A stretch of 64,000 bases of DNA from Acidobacteriota bacterium (GCA_963666215.2 CAXWPL010000005.1:992001-1056000), one strand, 5' to 3'. Counted from the stretch's first letter, positions 1 through 9,917 are shown. Numbers and translations: made by a program. The notes: a model not told the origin generated them from the letters alone.

Positions 1-36
1 GTCTGCGCCGCGATCCTCATTTTCGTTCACGCCACC

Positions 37-2181
37 ATGACGCTCGATCTCCACGCCGCGAGTCGCCCTTCCCCGTTACCGCCGCGCCCGGGCAAGGTGA
101 TGCAGGCTCAACGACCCCCAACCGGGTTCGCTACGGCCAACGTAGCGGCGCAGCTGCGCTGCGAGGAGCTCGTCCAGCAGCTCCCCCGCCCCGAACAATT
201 CCGCGAACATCTCCGCAGGATCACCGCCAACCCACACCCGACTGGATCGGCGGCCCAGGTCGAGGTTGGTAGGTACCTGGTCGACGTGATGGAGCGCGCC
301 GGGCTCGAGGTCGAGGAATTCGCCTACGACGTTTACCTGCCGCAGCTCACCGACGATGTCAGCGCCGAGATCGTCACGCCCGAGCATCTGCCGCTCGAGA
401 ATCGCGAGCCGGCGCTGGCGGAGGACCGCTTCTCCGGCCATCCCGAGCTGCTGGATGGCTGGAACGCCTTTTCCGGCTCCGGCGACGTCACCGGCCAGGT
501 CGTCTATGCCAACTTTGGCCGCAAGGAGGACTATGGGCACCTGGCCACGGTCGGCGTTGACCTCACGGGGAAGATCGTGGTGGCGCGCTACGGAGGCAAC
601 TTCCGCGGCTACAAGGTGAAGTTCGCCGAGGCTGCCGGGGCCGCCGGCGTGATCATGTTCAACGACCCCAATCCCGACAACGCCGACCGCCAGTACCCAG
701 CCGGCCCGATGATGAACTCGAGCACCATCCAGCGCGGATCGGTGCTAACGCTGCCGTGGCGCGGCGACCCGCTAACGCCGTTCGAGCCCGCCTGGACATC
801 CGACAGCGGCAAGACGGTCGAACGGCTGGATCCTTCCGAAGTCGACCTGCACAACATCCCGGTTCTGCCACTGGGCTACGGCGCGGCATCGAAGATTCTG
901 GAGCTCATGCAGGGTGACGCGGCGCCAGAAGAATGGCAGGGCGGACTGCCACTCACCTACCGTCTGACCGGCGGTGACGAGTTGACCGTGCGCGTCCGGG
1001 TCAACCAGCCCAAGGCGCTGACTCGGGCCACCAACATCGTCGGGACGATTCCGGGTTACGAGCATCCAGATCAGTGGATCATCTTCGGCGCCCACTACGA
1101 CCCGTGGGGCTTCGGTGCAATCGACCCCAACGGCGGCACCGCCATGCTGCTGACCATGGCTGAAGCTCTCGGCGAGCTCTCAACGAGCGGCTGCCGGCCG
1201 CGCCGCAGCATCAAGATCGCCCACTGGGACGCCGAGGAGTACGGCATCATCGGTTCGGTTGAATGGGTGGAGGAGTTCCGCGACGAGCTCATGAGCAACG
1301 CGGTCGCCTACATCAACGCCGACTCGGCAGTCTCCGGCGCCAACTTCGCGGCGTCGGCCGCGCCATCGCTGAAGCTGCCGATCATCGAGGCAACGATGGC
1401 CGTCGGCTATCCGCAACAGGACCAAACAGTCTACGGCCATTGGCTCGGCCGCTCGCAAGACGCCGAGGAAACCGAGGAACCGCCACTGGGCAACCTCGGT
1501 GGCGGGTCCGACCACGTGGGCTTCTACACCCACGCCGGCGTGCCGTCGGGATCACTCGGCATGAGCGGGGCTGGTGGCGTCTACCACTCCAACTACGACA
1601 ATTTCGCCTGGTACGAGCGTTTCGGCGACAGCGAGTTCGTGTACGGCCCCGCGCTGGCGCGCGTAGAAGCGGTACTGGCGCTGCGGCTAGCCAACGCCGA
1701 CATCCTGCCGTACGACCTGAGGCGCTACGGCACCGATCTGGAGCAGCATGCGATCGACCTCGAGGAGCTCGCCGAGTCGCGTGGACAGGCGGTCGAGCTG
1801 GCAGCTCTCAAGGCGGCCGCCGAGGAGCTTGTGGGGGCGGCAGAAAGCTTCGTCGCCGCGCGGAACAGCGCCCTGGCGAACCAAGGCAGCCCGCTCACGG
1901 GCGATGTTCTGGCCGGCCTCAACAAGGACCTGCTGGCGCTGGAGCGCATGCTTCTTCACTCCGAGGGGCTCCAAGATCGGCCGTGGTACCAATCGCTCTA
2001 CGCCTCGCCGGATCCGTTCAGCGGCTACGACTCGTGGATGCTGCCGGGCCTGCGGTTCGAGGTCGAGGTGGGTCGCTTAGAGCGCGTCGCCGAGTGGGAG
2101 ACGGTGTACGTCGAGGCGATTGCACGCCTGCGCTCGGGCATCGAGGAGGCCACCGCGGTACTGACAACGCCCGTTCGATAG
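37..2181 (+). CDS. M28 family peptidase, glutamate carboxypeptidase II-like (PA domain plus TfR dimerisation domain)
   Basis: PA-domain motifs YANFGRKED and ARYGGNFRGYKV; zinc-ligand motifs GAHYD, GAIDPNGGT, WDAEEYG, GGGSDH and YHSNYD. Exact start uncertain. Confidence 0.9.
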   Translation: MTLDLHAASRPSPLPPRPGKVMQAQRPPTGFATANVAAQLRCEELVQQLPRPEQFREHLRRITANPHPTGSAAQVEVGRYLVDVMERAGLEVEEFAYDVYLPQLTDDVSAEIVTPEHLPLENREPALAEDRFSGHPELLDGWNAFSGSGDVTGQVVYANFGRKEDYGHLATVGVDLTGKIVVARYGGNFRGYKVKFAEAAGAAGVIMFNDPNPDNADRQYPAGPMMNSSTIQRGSVLTLPWRGDPLTPFEPAWTSDSGKTVERLDPSEVDLHNIPVLPLGYGAASKILELMQGDAAPEEWQGGLPLTYRLTGGDELTVRVRVNQPKALTRATNIVGTIPGYEHPDQWIIFGAHYDPWGFGAIDPNGGTAMLLTMAEALGELSTSGCRPRRSIKIAHWDAEEYGIIGSVEWVEEFRDELMSNAVAYINADSAVSGANFAASAAPSLKLPIIEATMAVGYPQQDQTVYGHWLGRSQDAEETEEPPLGNLGGGSDHVGFYTHAGVPSGSLGMSGAGGVYHSNYDNFAWYERFGDSEFVYGPALARVEAVLALRLANADILPYDLRRYGTDLEQHAIDLEELAESRGQAVELAALKAAAEELVGAAESFVAARNSALANQGSPLTGDVLAGLNKDLLALERMLLHSEGLQDRPWYQSLYASPDPFSGYDSWMLPGLRFEVEVGRLERVAEWETVYVEAIARLRSGIEEATAVLTTPVR

Positions 2182-2271
2182 GGAGAGAATCCGCTTGCAC
2201 CTTCAGCACGGTAGCCACCCTCGCCGCCTGAACTCCTCGCCCAACCCGGGTTGCCGGCAGGCGGTCGCGAC

Positions 2272-3216
2272 ATGAGCCACGAAGCCGACAACCCACCGCT
2301 GACCGTCGTCGTCGTGTCGGATCACGCCGGGGACGAGGAGAAGGCGTGGGCCGACCTCCGCGAAACTCTCGAAGGCCTGGCGGCGCAAGAATACGCCGGC
2401 CAGACCGCAACTCTTTACGTCGAGTCGCCCGATCGTATCGCTCGAATTCCGCGGGAGATGAAGCAGATTCTGCCAGCGCTCGAGATCGTCGAGGGTCCAG
2501 TGTCGAACTCCTACTCCCTCAAGACCGCCGGCATGGAAGCAGCCACAACCGCCGCCGTGGCGTTTCTCGACGCCGATTGCGTCCCCGCCGCGGGATGGCT
2601 GCGGGCCGCGGCGTCGATGACGAACAAGTATCCCGATGCGGCCGTCGTGGTCGGCAAGACTGAATACGGCAGCGCCAGGCTGTCGTATCGGATTCTGTCG
2701 ATGCTGTCGCGCAGCACCGAAGACCCGGGCCACGACGGGGAGACGGAACACATCAGCGCCAACAACGCCGTCTATCGGCGCGCCGCCTATCTGCAGTCAC
2801 CGCTGCCGGCGAACGTCGCCTTCTTCTCCCGCACCCATGCCGTAGCCGTGCGCAAGGCCGGCGGCAAGATCTACTTCGATCGCGCCATGCATGTTCACCA
2901 CAAATTCGCAGGCTGGCGCCACGAAGCCGACTTCCGGCGGCGACTGGGGCACGGGGTGATCGCCATGCGCCAGGCCTATCCAGACATGCCGAAGTCGTGG
3001 CTCAAGCGGCTGGGCTACGCCTCGATTCCGCTGTTCGTCGGAGCCCAGGTCCGCACCGGTTGGCGCAACTGCCTGCGCTGCGGATCCGCCTACGGAGTGC
3101 GCCCCCACGAGCTACCGCTGGCGTTCCTCATCGCCGTGGTGGTCGCGTTCATGGAAGTACCGGGTATGGTGCGCGCGTTCGGTGGCCGACCCGTTGGCAA
3201 GACCGCCTTCCGCTGA
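2272..3216 (+). CDS. Glycosyltransferase family 2 protein
   Basis: N-terminal LTVVVVSD strand, DxD motif (VAFLDADC), ISANNAVYRR and a hydrophobic C-terminal helix. ATG 2272 preferred over TTG 2251. Confidence 0.8.
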   Translation: MSHEADNPPLTVVVVSDHAGDEEKAWADLRETLEGLAAQEYAGQTATLYVESPDRIARIPREMKQILPALEIVEGPVSNSYSLKTAGMEAATTAAVAFLDADCVPAAGWLRAAASMTNKYPDAAVVVGKTEYGSARLSYRILSMLSRSTEDPGHDGETEHISANNAVYRRAAYLQSPLPANVAFFSRTHAVAVRKAGGKIYFDRAMHVHHKFAGWRHEADFRRRLGHGVIAMRQAYPDMPKSWLKRLGYASIPLFVGAQVRTGWRNCLRCGSAYGVRPHELPLAFLIAVVVAFMEVPGMVRAFGGRPVGKTAFR

Positions 3217-3332
3217 CACATCACGGGCGTGTCGATGGCGATCGCCGTGTTTGCTCGCCTCCCGAGAGGCGGATAAGGTTGTCGCCGATCGGGCAACATG
3301 CCCACTACGAGAAAGCTCACAAGGAAGCACCT

Positions 3333-3662
3333 ATGCAGCTCGACCGGCTGGAGATCCGCGAGCGTCGTTTTCGCCTGCAGCAGCAAATCGCTGAGCTCGG
3401 CGAAGACGGCGACACTCACTCGCTCGACGCGGAGGTCACCCACCTCCAAGAGATCTGCCCGCGCCACGAGGTCGAAGGCGAGGAACGGCATCTTGGTTGG
3501 GAAATCAACAAGGATGGCGATCTGTGGCGCTGCCGTGACTGCGATCTCAAAGGAGAGATTGCCGGCGCCGAGACCGATGTGGAGGAGCCTGCCGACGCAG
3601 CGGCCGCCGAGCCGGCGGACTCTGCCGCCGCCGACAACTCGGTCGCGGCGAGCAGCGACTAG
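3333..3662 (+). CDS. Small hypothetical protein: coiled coil, CxxH...CxxC putative zinc ribbon, acidic tail
   Basis: AAGGAAG SD before ATG 3333; sequence MQLDRLEIRERR...ICPRH...WRCRDC; genome-typical codons; TAG stop lies in the IS target site. Confidence 0.65.
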   Translation: MQLDRLEIRERRFRLQQQIAELGEDGDTHSLDAEVTHLQEICPRHEVEGEERHLGWEINKDGDLWRCRDCDLKGEIAGAETDVEEPADAAAAEPADSAAADNSVAASSD

Positions 3663-3663
3663 G

Positions 3664-4706
3664 TGTGTTTTCTAAGTAGGTTGTTCACATCGGGGCTCAC
3701 TTCTGAGATCAATGGGGTTGTTCAAAAGACTCCACGACCTCAGAAGGAGCGCCCGATGCAGCTGCATGGTAACGCCCGCACGATGCCGTATATACGCCGA
3801 GAGATGGTCCGCCGAGTCCGGGAGCGGGCGGAGCCCGTGACGGAAACGGCGGCGGCGCTCGGCGTGTCGGCTCGAACGGTTTACAAGTGGCTGGATAGAT
3901 ACGAGCGAGAAGGTGAGGCCGGGCTGCTCGATCGATCAAGCCGGCCGACGTGCTGTCCGCACGCAACAAGCGCTGGAGTTGTGAGGCAGATCGACAAGCT
4001 ACGTCGGCGGCGACTGACGGCCTGGCAGATCAGCCGAAGGTTGGCTGTGCCGCGCTCGACCGTCTCGGCGTGGCTGAAGCGGCTCGGACTCGCCAAGCTT
4101 GATGCGCTCGAGCCCAAGCCCGAGATCGTTCGCTACGAGTACGAGCACCCCGGTGACCTACTGCACCTGGATACGAAGAAACTGGCCCGTATCCGGCGAC
4201 CTGGACACCGCATCCACGGCGACCGCTCCAAGCGGGCCTACGGCGTCGGCTGGGAGAACGCCCACGTCGCTATCGACGATCACTCTCGGGTGGCGTACGT
4301 CGAAGTGCTGCCCGCCGAAGACCAACACACCTGCACAGCGTTCCTGCAGCGAGCCGTCGAGCACTTCGCTTCGATGGGAGTAGCGGTGCGCCGAGTGATG
4401 ACAGACAACGGGCCTGGCTACGTCTCGAAGCGCTTCAATCGCCTATGCCATCAACTCGAGATCCGGCACATTTACACCCGGCCCTACACCCCCAGAACCA
4501 ACGGCAAAGCCGAACGCTTCATCCGCACACTCAAGGAGCAGTGGGCCTACGGCACCTGCTACCAGACCTCAGCTCGACGTACTCGAGCTCTACGGCCCTG
4601 GCTCAACCACTACAATCGTCACCGCCCCCACGCCGGCATCGGCATGACACCGCCGATCGCTCGGCTCTCAGGGGTGAGTTCGTGAACAACCTACCTAGAA
4701 CTCACA
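3664..4706 (+). mobile_element. Complete IS481-family insertion sequence
   Basis: IRL TGTGTTTTCTAAGTAGGTTGTTCAC (3664-3688) vs reverse-complemented IRR TGTGAGTTCTAGGTAGGTTGTTCAC (4682-4706), 22/25 identical. 6-bp direct repeat ACTAGG at 3658-3663 and 4707-4712 fits the NCTAGN target of IS481. Confidence 0.95.
3756..4685 (+). CDS. IS481-family transposase (HTH plus rve/DDE)
   Basis: HGNART, GLLDRSSRP, LLHLDTKKL, AIDDHSR, VMTDNG, PRTNGKAERF and YNRHRPH; AAGGAG SD before ATG 3756. Confidence 0.95.
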   Translation: MQLHGNARTMPYIRREMVRRVRERAEPVTETAAALGVSARTVYKWLDRYEREGEAGLLDRSSRPTCCPHATSAGVVRQIDKLRRRRLTAWQISRRLAVPRSTVSAWLKRLGLAKLDALEPKPEIVRYEYEHPGDLLHLDTKKLARIRRPGHRIHGDRSKRAYGVGWENAHVAIDDHSRVAYVEVLPAEDQHTCTAFLQRAVEHFASMGVAVRRVMTDNGPGYVSKRFNRLCHQLEIRHIYTRPYTPRTNGKAERFIRTLKEQWAYGTCYQTSARRTRALRPWLNHYNRHRPHAGIGMTPPIARLSGVSS

Positions 4707-4713
4707 ACTAGGC

Positions 4714-4965
4714 ATGGTCGACCGGGAGCTCCTCGAGATCCTCGCGTGCCCGGAGGACAAGACACCCCTGCGGCTTGCCGAAGCCGCTGAGCTCGAAGCG
4801 CTCAACGCCCGCATTCGGGCTGCGGCGGTGACGAATCGTGGAGGCGAGGCTGTGACCGAGGAAGTGTCCGAAGGGCTGATTCGGGAAGACGGGAAGCTTC
4901 TTTATGCAGTTCGCGACGACATCCCGATCATGCTGATCGAAGAGGCGATCCCGCTCGAAGACTGA
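4714..4965 (+). CDS. Trm112/YcaR family protein
   Basis: LLEILACPEDK...YAVRDDIPIMLIEEA. Confidence 0.9.
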   Translation: MVDRELLEILACPEDKTPLRLAEAAELEALNARIRAAAVTNRGGEAVTEEVSEGLIREDGKLLYAVRDDIPIMLIEEAIPLED

Positions 4966-5046
4966 CGCGGTTGGGCGCCACGCCGGCACCGCCATGGGTG
5001 AGCGGCGCCGACGCGACAGCCGACCGACCCGCGTCGCAGGTCCAGG

Positions 5047-5601
5047 TCAGCTTGCGTGAGGCTCGTAGGCCTTGCCCCGGCTCGTGTTGGTCTCGAGGCG
5101 CGGCCAGCCCATCAGGGCGAGGCAGTCGGGAATCGCCGCGAAGACCGCGTCGAGACATTCGTCGATGGCCTTCGGAGAACCCGGTAGGTTCACAACCAGC
5201 GTTCGGCCGCGAATTCCAGCGGTCTGCCGCGACAGGATGGCCGTAGGCACCGAGCGCAGCGACACCGCGCGCATCACCTCTCCGAAGCCCGGCAAGAGCT
5301 TGTTGCACACGGCGAGGGTTGCATCCACCGTCACGTCACGGATCGCCGGCCCGGTGCCGCCGTTGGTGATCACAAGGCAGCAGCCGTCCATGTCGGCCAT
5401 CTTGCGCAACGCTGCCTCGACCTGTGGCCGAACGTCTGGGATCACGCGGGTCACCGGCTCCCACGGGCTGGTCAGCGTGCCGCGCAAATACGATTGGATC
5501 GCCGGACCGTTGGTATCTTGATATTCGCCGCGTGAAGCCCGATCCGACACCGTTAGAACGCCAATGCGCGCCGTCGTCGCCTGCTCGCTCGTCTCGTTCA
5601 T
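5047..5601 (-). CDS. mog: Molybdopterin adenylyltransferase
   Basis: TVSDRASRGEYQD, TNGGTGPAIRDVT, PGFGEVMR, PTAILSRQTAG and NLPGSPKAI. Confidence 0.93.
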   Translation of the reverse strand: MNETSEQATTARIGVLTVSDRASRGEYQDTNGPAIQSYLRGTLTSPWEPVTRVIPDVRPQVEAALRKMADMDGCCLVITNGGTGPAIRDVTVDATLAVCNKLLPGFGEVMRAVSLRSVPTAILSRQTAGIRGRTLVVNLPGSPKAIDECLDAVFAAIPDCLALMGWPRLETNTSRGKAYEPHAS

Positions 5602-5624
5602 GGCTCCTCCGTTGAGTCGCTCGC

Positions 5625-5993
5625 CTAGTCCGATCGCGCCAACATCGGGCCAAGGTGACGGCCACCGAGCAGGTGCATGTGCAGGTGATAGACCTCTTGC
5701 CCACCGTGCGCGCGGCAGTTGACGATAAGCCGGTAGCCGTTGGCTGCAATGCCCTCCTGCTCGGCGATCTTCGCCGCCGCGGTGAACAGCCTGCCGAGCG
5801 CCGGCTCGTGCTGCGCCCGCACATCGGCGGCGGTGGCGATGGGCTCGTTGGGAACAATAAGCACGTGGGTGCTCGCCTGCGGGTGGATATCGCGAAATGC
5901 GGTCACGAGATCGTCCTGGAAGACAATCTCGGCCGGTATCTCACCGCGTACGATCTTGGTGAAGAGTGTGTCGCCGCCCGTTGGCTGAGTCAC
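5625..5993 (-). CDS. hinT: HIT-family purine nucleoside phosphoramidase
   Basis: [26 protein letters not shown] and the histidine triad in [15 protein letters not shown]. Confidence 0.9.
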   Translation of the reverse strand: MTQPTGGDTLFTKIVRGEIPAEIVFQDDLVTAFRDIHPQASTHVLIVPNEPIATAADVRAQHEPALGRLFTAAAKIAEQEGIAANGYRLIVNCRAHGGQEVYHLHMHLLGGRHLGPMLARSD

Positions 5994-6017
5994 CGTTAGC
6001 GCTCCGTGGCCGTAACT

Positions 6018-6061
6018 GTGGATCGGCCGTCAAGACGAAGTGGATCGGCCGTCAAGGCGAA
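6018..6061. repeat. 22-bp tandem direct repeat, 2 copies
   Basis: GTGGATCGGCCGTCAAGACGAA followed by GTGGATCGGCCGTCAAGGCGAA (1 mismatch). Confidence 0.85.
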
Positions 6062-6067
6062 GACGAG

Positions 6068-7306
6068 CTAGAACATCGCGGCCAGCGTGTCCTTGGCCTT
6101 GTTCAGAGCCTTCGCCGCCTGCGCCCTCCTGTCGCCGATCTTGTCGCCGTTGACCTTCTTCTTCTTGTTCGAATAGTAGGGCAGTCGAGGGCACCCGAAG
6201 CAGCTGTTGCGTGTCGCCATGATTGTCGCCTGGGTTACCGCCGCATTGACGTGTCCCTTGGCGAACTTGAACGAGCCCTGGCAGGTGGGTGAGCTCGGCT
6301 TGTCGTGACACAAACCCCAGTTGTGGCCGATCTCGTGAGGCGGCGTCAGCCCACCGATGCACTGCCGAAAAGCACCGCTGTAGGCAAAGGGCGAAAAGGC
6401 GGTCGACACGCCATCCATGAGGTAGCCGCGGCCGCAGATGTTGGTCAGATTCTTGTGCACGAGCAGCATCATGTAGTCGGCTTGCGAGTTGGCGCGCTCG
6501 GTCTGGGCCTGATCGAACTTGCCATCGGTACCGTCGCGAAACGCATTCAGATCAGCGCTCAGGCTGCCCCCGTTCGCCTTGCCCTTGATCTTCCGAGCCA
6601 GAACGAGGTCGACCTGGATGTCGACCATGCTGTTGTCGAGCGCAGTCTGGGTGTCGGCTTCGATCACGCCCGCCTCCGCCTTGATCGCGGCGGAGCCGCC
6701 GGCGGCCTTCTTGGCCTTCTTTGTCCACATCACCCCGAGCGTCACGGCTGCCATGCCGTCGCGTCCGGACACAGCCGGGCCGCCCGTCACGTCCACACGA
6801 ATCGGCTCGGCTTCGGGCGGCAGCTGCGCGGTGTTGACCTCCGCAATACGACTCACACCGTCGCCGACGTAGCCGAGCATGTACGTGGTATCGCGGGTGG
6901 TGACGCGGCCCACGGCCACGCCTTTCACCATCGACAGCGAGACTGTCGCCCCCGGATCTCCAGCCACGGCTCCACGCCACACGAGCCAGCGGCGCGTCTT
7001 CCAGCGAACGTCGGTGGCCACCAGCGTGAGCTCAACATCCGAGAATGCGGCGAACGTCAGGGCTTGGCCGACGCGGGCTCCCTCGAGCACCGCCGAGTCG
7101 ACGCGAATCAACCTCGCCCGCCGCTCGTGCTGAGCAGGGGTCTCCAACGCGGCCGTGCCCAAGGACGCGGCAACTGCCTCGTGATCGCCAAGCTCGACCA
7201 GCAGCGCCTGAGCCTGCGAGCTTGAACCGGCGTCGACCGACGCTAGCAGCAGTGTGACCGCAATGAGTCCGGTAATTCCATTGAGTAGGTGTGCGGGTCT
7301 TTGCAT
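6068..7306 (-). CDS. Secreted M12/reprolysin-like zinc metalloprotease
   Basis: Signal peptide, pro-domain, HEIGHNWGLCHD (HExxHxxGxxH), Met-turn TIMA and YYSN. Confidence 0.85.
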   Translation of the reverse strand: MQRPAHLLNGITGLIAVTLLLASVDAGSSSQAQALLVELGDHEAVAASLGTAALETPAQHERRARLIRVDSAVLEGARVGQALTFAAFSDVELTLVATDVRWKTRRWLVWRGAVAGDPGATVSLSMVKGVAVGRVTTRDTTYMLGYVGDGVSRIAEVNTAQLPPEAEPIRVDVTGGPAVSGRDGMAAVTLGVMWTKKAKKAAGGSAAIKAEAGVIEADTQTALDNSMVDIQVDLVLARKIKGKANGGSLSADLNAFRDGTDGKFDQAQTERANSQADYMMLLVHKNLTNICGRGYLMDGVSTAFSPFAYSGAFRQCIGGLTPPHEIGHNWGLCHDKPSSPTCQGSFKFAKGHVNAAVTQATIMATRNSCFGCPRLPYYSNKKKKVNGDKIGDRRAQAAKALNKAKDTLAAMF

Positions 7307-7420
7307 CGCGACTATGGGTCTCCGGTCCGATGGGAAGAGCCGAGATCAGAAAGTCAGTCGTTCGTGGCTCGTGATCGACATCAGCTAGGTACCCCGTAGA
7401 CAACGGCAAGTCAATGTGGC

Positions 7421-8443
7421 TCAGAGGTCCCGGGCCGACTCGAGAGCTCGTAGGTCACCATCGAGCCAGTCGGCCACGATCTCGTACGCCGGAGCCTGGC
7501 GCCCCGTGCGTACGTCGCGCATGGCGTGTCCAACTCCCGGCAGCAGCTCGTAGTGGAACGGTTTCCCGGCGCCGATCAGCTGCTCGAGAATGGCCACTGT
7601 TTCCGGGATCGGGATGCTGCGGTCGGCATCGCCGAGCACCCAGAGCGCCGGGATCGCGAGCCCGTTCAAGACGGCTTGCGGATCGAAGCCGCGCGGCCCG
7701 TCGAAGTCGGACAGCTGTTCGGAGAGCTCCGCGTCGCTCATGGCGAGATCGATGCCCTCGCGCTCCCCCGTCAGCTCGCTGTAGAAGATCTCCTCACCCA
7801 CCGACACCGTCGTCCCCGAGACGATCGCCACGAAGGCAACGTTCGACGAGTCGGCAGCAGCCAGCGGAGCAATCCAGCCGCCCTGACTGATTCCCAACAC
7901 GCCGATGCGGTCGGGGTCAATGTCGCCACGAGCTCCGAGCACCCGCACGCCCGCCACCACGTCGGCGGCAAGCTGCGCGAAAACGGCGTCGCCGTTGATC
8001 GGACCGACTCCGGTGTACACACCTGTGGACTCGCCAACACCTCGCTTGTCGTAGGTCAGCAGCGCGTATCCACGCGCCACTACGCGTGCAGCTAACCACT
8101 CGTAATCGAAACGAGTGGCACGACCCGACCCGTGCGCAATCACCAAGGCGGCGTGGGGACCAGGCCCGGGAGGCAGCATGAGTCGACCGGCGAGCATCAC
8201 CTCACCGCTGTCGTACCGAAGCTCCTCGGCGAGGTAGGGCCCGTCGAAGAACGCCGTCGGGGCAGGCTGTGTTGCGGGGTCCTCGGCCCAGAAGTAGAGG
8301 AATATGACCGGCAGCGAACCCACTGCCAACGCGACCAGAGTGATGATCGCACCCGCCTTGAGCAACGGGGCGGCACGACGTAGCTGGCGCAGGAGCGGTG
8401 ACGACGACTGCTCGCGCACGTGATCCATCTTGGGACGATCCAT
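7421..8443 (-). CDS. Membrane-anchored alpha/beta hydrolase
   Basis: N-terminal TM helix, HGSG, YDKRGVGES, nucleophile GISQGG, GDADRSIP and GVGH. The ORF extension to 8911 overlaps trpF and is spurious. Confidence 0.85.
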   Translation of the reverse strand: MDRPKMDHVREQSSSPLLRQLRRAAPLLKAGAIITLVALAVGSLPVIFLYFWAEDPATQPAPTAFFDGPYLAEELRYDSGEVMLAGRLMLPPGPGPHAALVIAHGSGRATRFDYEWLAARVVARGYALLTYDKRGVGESTGVYTGVGPINGDAVFAQLAADVVAGVRVLGARGDIDPDRIGVLGISQGGWIAPLAAADSSNVAFVAIVSGTTVSVGEEIFYSELTGEREGIDLAMSDAELSEQLSDFDGPRGFDPQAVLNGLAIPALWVLGDADRSIPIPETVAILEQLIGAGKPFHYELLPGVGHAMRDVRTGRQAPAYEIVADWLDGDLRALESARDL

Positions 8444-8499
8444 CAAGCCTCCAGACAACCGACCCGTAGGGAGATCACGCCTCGGGATTGGCCGCGCGC

Positions 8500-9177
8500 T
8501 CAGGGGGAGGAGCGACTGGATCCTACCTCGACCTTGCGGACCGACGCCATGAAGGCCCCAAGCTTGGCCCGATCGAGCTCGTCGTTCGTTCGCACGCCGC
8601 TGCACAGGTCGAGGGCGAACGGGCCCACCGCCTCGATAGCATCTCCGACATTGGCGACCGTAAGCCCGCCGGCGAGGAACACCGGCACGTCGACCTGCTC
8701 GCGGATCGTGCGACTGACAGACCAGTCGTGAACACGCCCCGTGCCGCCGAGCTCCTTGACGGCGAGCGTCGGATTGCCGGAATCCAGCAGGATGGCATCG
8801 ACCCGCGGCGACACCTCCAGGGCCTCGTGAAGCGAGCCCGCGCCCATCACGTGGATCACCTGTACAAGACCGATGCCGGGCATGCGCTTGCGCAGCTGTT
8901 CGTGCACGCAAGGATCGACGCCGGCAACGAGCTGCACCGTGCTGGTGCCGCAGCGCCGCTGCTGATCGACGATCTCGTCTGCCGTCACCGCGGAGGTGAG
9001 AAGGAACGTGGCAATCGGTGGCGGCACGCCACGCGCGACCTCGGCGATGGCCGGCTCGTCGATGACTCCTGGACCGGTCGGCATCGCCGCACCCAGCCCC
9101 AACGCGGAGGCTCCTTCCGCGATTGCGGCGCGCGCCTCATCGAGTGTCTTGATGCAGCAGATCGTCACACGTGGCAC
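8500..9177 (-). CDS. trpF: Phosphoribosylanthranilate isomerase (stand-alone)
   Basis: ICCIKT, ILLDSG, ELGGTGRVHDW, FLAGGLT and DLCSGVRT. Start could be GTG 9177 or 9258. Confidence 0.85.
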   Translation of the reverse strand: MPRVTICCIKTLDEARAAIAEGASALGLGAAMPTGPGVIDEPAIAEVARGVPPPIATFLLTSAVTADEIVDQQRRCGTSTVQLVAGVDPCVHEQLRKRMPGIGLVQVIHVMGAGSLHEALEVSPRVDAILLDSGNPTLAVKELGGTGRVHDWSVSRTIREQVDVPVFLAGGLTVANVGDAIEAVGPFALDLCSGVRTNDELDRAKLGAFMASVRKVEVGSSRSSP

Positions 9178-9232
9178 CCGCGGCGCACGGCCGGAAGCCA
9201 ACCGCTTCAAAGCTCGCGCTTCACGTTCGAGC

Positions 9233-9691
9233 TCATTCCGACGGTTCGAGCTCACCACCGCGCCGCGGGCGCCAGTGCGGCAATCCGTCGCCTACGCGCA
9301 TCCAGGACAGCTGTCGCGAGGCCCAAACGTGATCCCGCGGTGTCACCAGCTCGGGTTGGTCGAGGCTCGCGGCGGTGATATCCAGCCCCGGCTCGCCTCG
9401 TCGCCGGTAGGTGCGTGCGGTCCCACAATCACCGCAGAAAGTCCGCAGGGTAGCGTCCGAGGTCTCCGACGGGCGCTCGATCTCTTTGGGGGAGCCGAGC
9501 GTCCACTCGAATTCCGAACGATTCACCTCGACCCAAGTCAACATGGGCGCGCCGCTCGAAAGGCGACAGTGGAGACAGTGGCAGTGGACGGCCGATTTCG
9601 TGTGGCTTCGCGCCTGGTAGCGAACGGCGCCACAAAAACAACCGCCTTCGAGTTGCAGTCCTGCTTCGTCAGCTGACCCCATCTTCTTCAC
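9233..9691 (-). CDS. GFA (CENP-V-like) family protein
   Basis: EGGCFCGAVRY, CHCLHCR and FCGDCG. Confidence 0.9.
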   Translation of the reverse strand: MKKMGSADEAGLQLEGGCFCGAVRYQARSHTKSAVHCHCLHCRLSSGAPMLTWVEVNRSEFEWTLGSPKEIERPSETSDATLRTFCGDCGTARTYRRRGEPGLDITAASLDQPELVTPRDHVWASRQLSWMRVGDGLPHWRPRRGGELEPSE

Positions 9692-9824
9692 TCCCCTCTG
9701 GCAGCCGGCAGCCGTCTGCCACGATCATCGTCCGCGAGCGGCGAACGACGGCGCCCATGAAGATAGCCTGAGCCATCCGATGCGCCTAGCAGCGCGAGTT
9801 GTCGCGTAGGGACAAGGGGCTAGT

Positions 9825-9911
9825 GCGGCGCAGCGGCCGAGCGGCAGGCGGCGCAGCAACCGGGCGGCGGAGCAGCCGAGCGGCGGAGCAGCCGAGCGGC
9901 GGCGCGGCGGA
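9825..9911. repeat. Degenerate 8-bp tandem array (GCGGCGGA/GCAGCCGA-type, about 11 units)
   Basis: GCGGCGCA GCGGCCGA GCGGCAG GCGGCGCA GCAACCGG GCGGCGGA GCAGCCGA GCGGCGGA GCAGCCGA GCGGCGGC GCGGCGGA. Confidence 0.7.
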
Positions 9912-9917
9912 GTGCTG

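Noticed and set aside
8444-8911. N-terminal extension of the alpha/beta hydrolase
   Set aside because: Arg-rich off-frame read of trpF.
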